This document shows positions 53,541 through 64,000 of a DNA stretch of 64,000 bases, one piece after another. The notes beneath the pieces are model-generated. The model was not told where the DNA came from. It did not search any database and saw nothing but the letters and a program-made list of their open reading frames with translations. The position numbers were made by a program, and so were the translations under genes. Position 1 is the first letter of the stretch. The number at the start of each line of letters is the position of its first letter. Origin of the DNA: Chrysomallon squamiferum (lineage: Eukaryota; Animalia; Mollusca); the NCBI GenBank assembly GCA_012295275.1, contig CM022665.1:47678001-47742000 (forward strand). The letters run 5' to 3'.

Positions 53541-56477
53541 TTACTCTCGTCTTTTTTGTTTTCTGTCGTAATCCCTGCTTGACCTGGGTTCATCTCCTGC
53601 TCGTTTCTGTCCTCTCTTGGCCTCTGTGAAGAACTTGTCCAGACCAAACAAATCCTCCTCAACGTCCTGTTCAAACTGGACTGGGCCGTCGCGGGTTCGA
53701 GACCGGTCAGTGCCTTCGAATCCACGATCTGGCACAAACCTTTAAAAATAACAGAATAAAAATGTATTTTCACTTTAAATTAAAGTAATATTTTTTTATA
53801 ATCATATTCCTCACTGAAAAGTATAGGCCATGTCTCATTGATGGGGAAAAACTTTACAAACAAAATTAGTTATTTAATCTTTTCAACATTTTCTAAATTG
53901 TCCACAACATAAAACAAAATTTGACTGATAATTAAAATACTAGGAAATAATTTTGGTATATTTTCAACAATATATAAAACAAAATGTGACTAACAGTTAA
54001 TTTGCTAGGTAATTATTTTTGTAAACTGTCTTCAGTATATCAAACAAAATTTGACAGACAATTAAAATACTGTAAAATAATTTATGAGCACACATCAGCA
54101 TTTATTAAAAGAAAGAAGTGAAATGAACAAGAGTTAATATTTCACATTACAAAATAACTGAAAACAACAGCTAATTCTTTCAGAGATTGTACAGAAGTTT
54201 TAAAATAGTAATAACACTGAAAAATATATCCACAACATTTAGCACTGATATTTTTTAATGAAAGATAACCATTCTAAAATCTTCAATGCATGTAATACTC
54301 ACCAAAAATAATTAAACAAAAACAATTAATTTGTACTGTCATGGCAGTGTGTATTTTGATCGGGATAAAAAATTGTGTATCTAGTAAATTTGTCTTGTTT
54401 CACAGACTACTCTAACCTTTTATTCTTTATGATGCTGTCCAGATCATCAGAGTACATTTCTTTGTCCAGTTTCTTGGATGGACGATAGATCTGGTTTCCG
54501 ATGCTGTTCTCCTCACGCCACGGTCTGTCGTAAACATTGTACGCCTCATCATCAGCGAATCCACTATCCATACCCTGTTTTTAAAATAACAATCAATAAA
54601 CATTTGACAAACTGACACATTTTATCTCAATGTTTGATATCAAACAGGTTTTAAATAATAATTATATCACATATCAACATCTTGGGCTTCTCTCTTCGGT
54701 TTTATATAATTAATATAAACAAAAATAAACCAAATATTTGACAACACATCCCGTATCTCAATCAATTTCTGATATGAAAGATTTTTTAATTAATAATTAC
54801 ATGTAAATATTCCCTCAGGTTATCTCTTCAGTTCTGTGTGATTTCCATCAACTAGAAACCAAATATTCTAAAACTCAGCTCACTCTATCTCAGCGAGTTT
54901 CTGATATCAAACAGCTTTTAAATAATAATTATATTATATCGTATTCTTCATATAAACAAGAAAACAAATATTATAGTTTCTTAGACAAACTATTAACTAG
55001 GAACTGTCTGTTAAGAGACAACAGACTGCAAGAATAAACAAAAGAGAAATGATCACAGAATAAAAAGCACTTCAGAAAACGTTCAGACCACTGCAAAACA
55101 GCCTGTTCCAGTAATACGTTTAACTTTTGAAATTTCTTTTACGTCCAAGTGTTATTAAAGCACACAAACCTTTGAAGTGTTGAATAGCCGCTGGTCAAAC
55201 TGGACTTCACCGGATGTTCCTGTGTTTGGCAGACCCAGAGCAATCTTCTCACTGATGTCTCGTTCCCTCTCTTTCTGAATCCGCGACCTGAAACAATCAA
55301 CAGTCCACTCAGTGTTTGTAACAGAGTTTTGCTTGTGATAATCACACATGCACGCATGCACACACACACACACACACACTAGCAGAGGTTAACTATACTG
55401 TACAGTCAGTATAGAAATGTCAAAATGATTTTGTATTGTTACACTTCCATTTGGAAGCCCAGTGAATCTCTGTTTCCAACTGAATCAAATTTCGATCGGG
55501 ATATTCAAAAATGTTAAAATGCAACAGAATTTCAAATCTTGAATACTTTGAATAACAATCAAGTTCAAATCGTGCAGTTTATGAAGGAATTTTGGACTCG
55601 GTAAAAGAAATTAGAAAGATGATATAAATATTCACTGGACTGAGTGTCTGTACAGTGATTAAAATGACTACACAAGACTACAGTTTAAATAATGAACACT
55701 ATTATGTGATTATTTCACATTAAAATGTGAAGGTAAATATTTTTTTTCTCACTTTGTTTATTGTTTATTAATGTTAACAGTTAGCAAGATACTTTGTTCC
55801 TCTTTTTCCAAATGCCACTACAAATGTAACTGAAATTCCAGAACACACAAAAATCTAATCATTTCGAATCGAAGCTTCGAGATGATTTTGAATCGCATCA
55901 GATGATCAGAGCATCGCAGGACAAGTTATAAAACAACAAAATGAAAATGTACCGTTTGTCAGGGGCCATTCTTGCCAGATTTCTGTCCCTCTGTCTCTCC
56001 TTCTGTCTGTCTCGTCTGACTTCGTCTCTTTCAGCTACCTCATCATCTTTGTCTAAAAAAATAAAACCAAACATGCACAGTTTACACACATCATAGCATT
56101 TCTGAAATATTTTCCAATTCCAGCAACTACATTATTTTTTTTTTTTAAATATTGTTTATGATTTTGTGTTTGTAATAACTTTTAGAGGAAACACAGAGGA
56201 TTTCACCATTATACAAAAAAAATAATAATAAAAAAATGATGTTTATCTAACAAGCATTAATATTAAAATAAGTTGAGGTGTTATTTAAAAATCATTCTTG
56301 AAGCTGCATTCACAATGGATTTTTATTTAAAAGACTTCCTACTGGATATAATAATTATTCTTCAAATCTTATTAACAGTAGATATGGATATAAAAAAAAT
56401 GTCAACTGTTTTCAAAGAACATTTATTTTTGACAAATTGCCATGGGTTACATTTATTTAGAGTAAAAAAACTCACAA

Positions 56478-56517
<40 letters not shown>

Positions 56518-59500
56518 AATAATCATAATAATAATAATATCAACAATAATAATAATAATAAATAATAATAATAAAAAATAACAACAATTAAATAAATAAA
56601 TAAATAACAATAACAATAAAAAACAGTAGGTAGACATCAAAGTGTCCTCTGGCTTAATTCATTAACTACCTTCCCCTCTTCGTATACCAGCTCTCTCCTC
56701 AATGGCTTTCTGAGCCAGGAGTCGTAGATTCTCCTCCTTCCTCTCCTTCTCCTTCTGAGCCATCTTCTTCTCTATCTGAGCTCTCATTTCCACAGCTTCT
56801 CTCGCCTGAACATAACCAAAACATTCTTAGTGTGGTCAACGAGGATTTTAATTAATACCTGCTTACAGAGCAAAGCCACACATTTTACTGTCAATTATCA
56901 TTAATTGTGAGTTATTTGGCTGTATATAATAATGATAAGAAGAAAAACTCTACGGCTTTCCAATGCACTAGCAGCTAATATTAAATAACACAATGGTCAA
57001 AGGTAAATGGTAATAAGAGAGTATAAAGAAAACTTTCTTTTCTTGACATGCAGTAACATCAGCAGATTAATTCTTAAAGACAAGACAAATGCTAAAAGCA
57101 TTTATCTCCAAATATCCTGTGACTTTCTCTTTTCCATCATATAACATCGAGATATAAAAAAATATCCTAGACTCAAGTGAGAATGACTGTTACATGTTCA
57201 CATATCAAATGCTTTTCACCTGAACAAGAAGATATTTTCCAGAGAAGATTTTAGTCTCGTACGTTTCATATTAAAAGTTATATGAATAAGAATATAATTT
57301 TCAGAAAAGATGAATGTCAGATTTCAAGCTTTCAGCTGTCACTATTCTAAATAAATTATAAAATATGATTTTTTTTTTTAGTTCATACCTTTCTGTCAGC
57401 AATGTACAGGGCTTCAGCCAGCTTTGCAAAATTCTCGTTGATATGAACACCTTGAAGACCACGCCCATCTGCAGCCAGACGTTTGTCTAGTGGAATTGTG
57501 TAACCCTGAAGAATACGTTAGTTTTTACAAATATTTTCTTTTGTCAACCAAATCAATATTTATCTGTATGATAAACCATATGTAAACACACACACAGACA
57601 CAGATGTGGAATTGTGTAAACCTGAAAAATGTGCTAATTTTGTTACCTGCATTAATATCTATCTGTATGATAAACCACACCACACACACACACACACAGA
57701 GATATACACAGACATATGTAACTCTGAAACATGTTAGTTGTTACAGGTACTTTGTGTTGTATCAGTATGATAAACCATGCATTCATATATCATGTATGTA
57801 TGAATGTATGTATGTATGTATGTATGTATGTATGTATGTATGTATGTTTGTATGTGTGTGTCTCTATTTGTGTATATATATATATGTATTATGTGTACAT
57901 ACATACAGATAAAGCTAGATAAACAGATAAACAGATTAAAAGATTGAATGACAGATATATTGAGAAAGATCAAATGGCTGTTTATAAACACAATACAATT
58001 ACTAATAAAGGGTGTGATATAATTGTACTTCAAGATCTGCTATTTTTAAACTCAAATTTAGCCCTTTTTTAGAATTATGTAAATATCTAATTTGTGGATA
58101 ATGTTTGTTCTTGTTTTGCTATATTACAAAATTCCTCACATAGAAATGTGTGCTGATGTATTTCTAGTGTAATGAAATAAAAGAAACAAGAGTGAAAAGG
58201 AACTTACTCTGTTGTTTTTCCAGTTAGAAATACACGGTGGAATTTTCCATTCTTGTTGTTCTTTCACTGTCACCTGCAACCAAAAATAATTCACATTTAA
58301 TACATTTGTCACAGTAAATTTTTAATCTTTTACAACATTAGCATAGTTACTGACTGCAGTAAGACATGAAAGGTAATAACAGTAAAGATGATTATAAAGA
58401 ATGATTTTTTTTTATCTAAAATAAATTTTAGTTTTTCATATAAAAGACTCAGTTTTAAAGAATAGATTTAACATAAAATGTAATTAAAATAATTTTAATT
58501 TTCATTATAAGACGAGATAAAGAATGAAACTTTCTATGGTGAGTCTAGAATGACATAAATAATAAATTTGACATAAAATGTGTTTAAAACACTTTCAGTT
58601 TTGATTACAGAACAAGATAAAGAATAATAAATTTTACACTTTCTACGTCGAGTGTAGATAATAATAATAATAACAATAAAATGTATGTAAAATGAATTTA
58701 AAACACATTCAACAATAAAATGTATGTAAAATGTATTTAAAACACTTTCAACTTTGGCTACAGGACAAAATAAAGAATGATAAATATCACACTTTCTATG
58801 CTGAATGTAAAATTTATACTTTCTGTATGGAGTTAGATAAAAATATAATCTAATAAAAATTACCTTTCTGTTAGGAGAGTGCATCACAGGAGCTGGAGGA
58901 GAAGGAGGACCTCTTGGAATCTTTTTGTTTACTCTGTTACAAATATTACAAATACAACATTCTGACACGTTTTTAAAAAAAAAAAAAAAATAAATAAAAA
59001 TCACTTGGTAAGACTGAAAACAAAGTTTAATTTCCTCTTTGAAATTTTATTATATATATATAATTGTTGTTTCATTGTTAAATTTTTTTGAACAAAGTAT
59101 AAGGAATATAAAATATTTTTCACAATCTGAAACTTATTTTATCTACAAATTTTTGCTATCAGGTAAAAAATACAACATACTTTTACAAATTTAATCTATT
59201 TCTTTGCTTATTTTATTTTATATTTATATATTTTGTGATCATCAACACTTTCTGACAGAAATTAGTTTATCTTCTACCCTGTGAAGAAAATGAGAGGAGA
59301 ATGTGACATACTTGAAACGCGGTGGTTCCATGGGGTCTTTCTGTACTTCCACCATTCTGATAATCCTCTGCTTGGCCCCAGAGTTGTAGGCCACACCTTG
59401 TTGTGAGGGTGTGTACCTAAGAAAAAAAAAAATATATATACATATATATAATAAATTCATATATTGTACCTTAGTTGTTATAATTATATTTAAACATTGT

Positions 59501-61583
59501 TAAAACTATATTTATACAGTTAATTTTTACAAACAGAAGATTTTGGGACTAAAATTATTGTTATAATCATATTTAAACATTCTAAAAAATCCTTGGTTAG
59601 TTAATTTCTAACTTTGAATGTTTTCTCTTTATGTTTTGGACTAACACTACTGTTATAATTACATTTAAGCATTCTAAAACGTCCTTGCATAATTATTTTT
59701 CATTCTCACTGCTTCCAAACAGGATTATACTGAAATTACTATTAATATTTAAAAATTCTATAAAGTCCCTGAATAACTTTTTTCTCTTTAGGATTTTCAC
59801 TAATAAAAGTATAATCATATTAAAAAATTCTGAAAAATCCTTGTAGTTCATTTTTCTTTTCACTGCTTCCCAAACTTACGATCTGGACTAAAATTTTATT
59901 ACAATGAAGAACAGAATTATCAAAATGAATTAACAAACGTATTAAACTTAATTTTAAAAACAGAATGTGACACTATTTAACTTCCACACAGTTACCTGAT
60001 GTACTGCGCAGGATTCTGTTTCTCTGCGTGCCGGACTGGCATGGCCGCTGAAATCTGACTGGAGACGAGTTTCGACAATGCCTCTCTCGTCTTCTCCGTT
60101 GTGTCTTCGATCGTCTCCTCGTCCGGGCGCTGAAGTTCAGGGTCTTCCTCGTCAATCATCTTCGGAACCAAGTCACCGGGCCGTGAATGAATGACCTTGA
60201 AACAACAACAACAACGTGAGTTAGAGAAACACGGAAAGAAACTACAATTTTATTTCAGTTTTATTCTTGGATTTAACTTGGATTTGTTGAAATTGGTCTT
60301 ATGTGAAAATAGTTCTATATTAAATATTGTTGCAGATTTTTTGTTTTAAAAATTTATATATATATATATAATAATTTTCTTTTAATATATATATATATTT
60401 TAATATAAAACTATTTAAAATTTAAAATTGAAATATAAAAATATATATGTACATACATATGTATGTATGTATATATAGATATATTTATATATTGTTTTTA
60501 TTTTTATTTATAAAAGTATATTGTGGATTTCTTCTTTTATTTTTATTTATTTAATATATCAAAATAGGGACTTTGATCATTGACAGTGTTTTTTTTTTTA
60601 ATAACAATGAACAAAACTGATGCTGAAATTAATAATATCTAAAATACTGAGAGGTTAACAATGTAAACAGAAATTGGAAGTAAATGTTTTATACCTTGTC
60701 TTTGCCATGACCTTGCCTGGCAATAGCATCGTATTTGATTTTCCCCTGGTGGTCAAGCTGCACAGCTAAGGCATTTGCAGTCGTCTTCTTCAGACCCATT
60801 TCAAGAGGATACTGGGCAACATGAATTTCTGGGAAAGCACCTCCATCTCCAAAATCCTAGAAAAAATAATTTTAAAAAATATAAATAATAATGATTATTA
60901 CCTATATTTAAATAATAATAAGAGTAAAGATTATACAAAGATATTAAATATTTTTTAAATTAATATATATATTTTTTTTTCTCACTGGTTTTAAAAATGT
61001 TGTGTTTATGTCTGTATAGAGTGTGTAGGTTTTTTTTGGTTGGTTTTTTGTAGCACCTAAAACCGATACTATTGTTTTAAAGTTTAGGAAATAAATGTAC
61101 AAACTTACATCCTGTGATCTTGGAATCCAGCCTTTTCTGTGACCATATGGAGGAGCAGTTCTTTTACTGGTAGGAATAACCTGAAACAACAATAACATAT
61201 TTCACTAAGTACAGTATTCTGCTATTTAAAATAACATTATTTGCATCTGAAATACTTCATGCAATTATTGTGTGCTAGTGTTAAATACACTTGAAATTAT
61301 GCAAATATATATTATACTTTTATTTTTATTTTTATTATTATTTATTTATTTATTATTTATTTATTTATTTTACAATTCAATTTATGAAGTAATGTTTGCT
61401 TACCTGCATCTGAGATTTATATTCTCTGTCTTCATCATCTTTATCATATATTCTCTGAGATGGAGTAGGCAAAATACTGAAATAATAATAAAACTTATAA
61501 AGTTATACAATAGCTATAATTATTGACAGAATATTTGATATAAATATCCTACATTTTCTAATTTAAATTTGACACTTTTAACC

Positions 61584-61623
<40 letters not shown>

Positions 61624-62022
61624 TAAATGTAAATCTAAGTATCGTAACACAATATCTAAAGTAATCCTATTATTGAATAAGAAAACATACTAAAGTTTTA
61701 CATCAGATTAATCTAGTAATTGTAACATATTAAATGATGATACAAACAGCAATCTTTACGAGACAGTCATGTTATATAATGACACTGTTAAAAGTTGAGT
61801 TCTGCCCAAAGCCAGAAATTTTGGGATGGAATGCAGACTAATTGGTAAAATGTACAGAGGTTGATCGATACTTTATTAGCCATCACAAGAATGCGATTCT
61901 TTACGATAAATAATCAAAATACAATATTTAATCGTTTTAGCCTTTAATTTTTTTAACTGATTCGGTATTTTAAAACCTATTTTGTAAGTGAAAATGCAAA
62001 CGTACTTCGCCAGCGACGCCAT
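53541..62022 (-). CDS. SNW1: SNW domain-containing protein 1 (SKIP/Prp45), 14 coding exons, about 530 aa
   Basis: Minus-strand exons 62006-62022, 61404-61476, 61109-61180, 60695-60856, 59996-60195, 59312-59416, 58864-58933, 58208-58273, 57389-57505, 56670-56805, 55953-56052, 55170-55287, 54417-54574, 53541-53739 (1593 nt). Motifs DFGDGGAFPEIHVAQYP, KDPMEPPRFK, WKIPPCISNWKN, GYTIPLDKRLAADGRGL. Confidence 0.97.
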
Positions 62023-62360
62023 TATTCTTCTTTTGGTTTATGTTTCTTCAACAAAGATCGGAGCACCTACAAACTCAATAGACTGGCTGCAAATGCAAAT
62101 AATTTGATTTTCCTACAGAAAGCGTAATGGGCAAACAAAATACGGTCTTTTTATCCTCTTGTCTTTCTAGAGTTAAGTTCGAATCATTTAAATTAAGCAT
62201 GGGAAGGTGAATCGAAATAGTTATCTTCTTCTGTAGTTGGTTCTGAGACACTGCCATCTGATTCACAAAGCAGAGGAGAAAGTGCAGATAATTTCAATTT
62301 TAAGAAGATGGCTTCAAATCATTGACAATAAATCCCCAGCTCAAAATAACTTACTGTTTG
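62023..62360. promoter_or_regulatory. Bidirectional promoter / probable 5' leader region between SNW1 and ADCK1
   Basis: Non-repetitive, CpG-containing segment directly upstream of the SNW1 ATG. It ends in a possible plus-strand donor (TTG/GTAAAG at 62361) that could splice to the ADCK1 exon acceptor. Confidence 0.5.
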
Positions 62361-62776
62361 GTAAAGTTTTATCATGATTGCATCATTAGTTTGCATTTTT
62401 ATTGTGCTAAAGAAGTTTAATTATAATGAAAAAATATTTAAAAATACAGACATTAAACAAATATGTATTTATAGCAATCAACATGTATTGTGAGCATTTA
62501 ATTTATCATTTATCTTTTTGACATTATTATTATTATTATTATTATGAAATAATTTTTTAAATATATATTTACATTATAATGCACTATTTGATTACACTCA
62601 TATCAACAAATGTGCATGACATTGTACACTAGATGAGTTGACAGACTAGTATGATAGAAACAGTTATTAAGTAATTAATGATCAGTAAACTATTTATTTA
62701 ATTCAGTACTTCAGATATACACCTAGAACTATTTCAGTTTGATATTTTTTATATAAAAAATAAAAAAAGATTGTTA

Positions 62777-62814
<38 letters not shown>

Positions 62815-63316
62815 GTTTTCTTTAAATATATTATCTTTATTAAAAAAAAAAAAAACAACAACAACAAAAATCACAGCATATTATCTTTTTACACATTATA
62901 TTTGTATGAATTTAACCTTGTGATAATTTTCACTTTTTATCTACTGTTCTGTTTATTAATCTTATGAATATACTGCCCTGTATTTTACAGGTTCAGATTT
63001 TTGATCATGTCACAAGTCCAGTTCTAACACATCACAATCAAATTATAATGGTGTTTTAATATTTAATAATAATAACAGAAGTATAGTAGTAGAAGTGGTA
63101 ATAAGGAAATAATAATAATAATCATTATAACAACAGAAAAACATTAAATAATAATAATAATAATAATAATAATATTTTTGAATAATAATAACATATTACA
63201 ACATTTTAAAAACTTTCTAACCACATTAATTTTATAACATTTTTTTTTTATATTTTATTTACAGAGCAGGGATGGATGAGGCAGACATTTACCGGAGTAT
63301 TTGAAAAGTTATAAAA

Positions 63317-63457
63317 ATGAGACGCAGGTTTGTTACGAGACTGTTTAAACTTGGAGTTGTTGGAAGCTTTCTCGGTGGTTCTTTCTTTCTGCTTCAGCAA
63401 AACAACTGGAACTTCTCCTCTGTGGGTGCTGTACGGTTTGGCAGAGCGGCATATGCA
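63317..63457 (+). CDS. ADCK1: AarF-domain kinase ADCK1, first coding exon (gene continues beyond the window)
   Basis: The exon after the acceptor at 63263-63264 encodes MRRRFVTRLFKLGVVGSFLGGSFFLLQQNNWNFSSVGAVRFGRAAYA, followed by a GTACGT donor. This is an Arg-rich mitochondrial-presequence-like start plus the GAVRxGRA motif of ADCK1 N-termini. The divergent position next to SNW1 matches vertebrates. Confidence 0.8.
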
Positions 63458-64000
63458 GTACGTAATTTTAAACATCGCTTTAAGATGTAGTAAAGTTATT
63501 TATGTTATTCATGTGACACAGTATAATGCTTATTTAACGGTGTTTTAATATCGAAGGTTATTACTTGTAAATCTTGATGTTTTGATAAAGAATCTAAGAG
63601 GATGTTTATATAATTTTTCTATGAGTTATTTGTTTTAACTGATTAAAAATAAAAATCTCTTCTTTAAATGAATCCATGTTTGCAGCATCAGTTAGAATGG
63701 GAATCAGTGTAAAGGGTCTGTTGAGAAGTTTTGAATCTCAGTGTTTGATAACTGCATTGAAAAATACTGTCATTCTGCATTTTTTTTGTTATTTATAGCT
63801 TGTATTTACTAGCAGTAAGAATTAAATCTTTAGTCAGAGTAAAGAAATAATACTCTATGAGCCTATTGAGTTATTTCAAATATTATATTTCATAATAATA
63901 ATAATAATAATATTAACTTTAAATTATTGTGTGCATATGACTTTAAAAAATGTATTTATTTATTTATTTTTCACTGTTATTAATATTATTATTTTATTAT

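Overview
AT-rich, microsatellite-dense animal DNA. Intron-rich housekeeping genes, CpG-depleted gene bodies and decayed SINE/RTE copies suggest an invertebrate, plausibly a mollusc (inference). By following GT-AG junctions and reading frame by hand I reconstruct eight protein-coding genes: intronless ZDHHC22-like (+), CRIPT (+, 5 coding exons including an 18-nt microexon), sororin/CDCA5-like (+, 6), ERH (-, 4), SLC39A9/ZIP9 (+, 7, with a corrupted exon 6), an RNF216-like RBR E3 ligase (-, 7), SNW1/SKIP (-, 14) and the first coding exon of ADCK1 (+). ERH-SLC39A9 and SNW1-ADCK1 are head-to-head pairs, as in human 14q24. The most striking unexplained structure is a recurrent set of tandem repeats whose unit copies an exon-intron junction. 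Examples are 27 copies of the ZIP9 exon-6 donor, arrays of both splice sites around one RNF216 exon, and older decayed junction copies in ZIP9, RNF216 and SNW1. All family calls come from recalled motifs; no database search was run.
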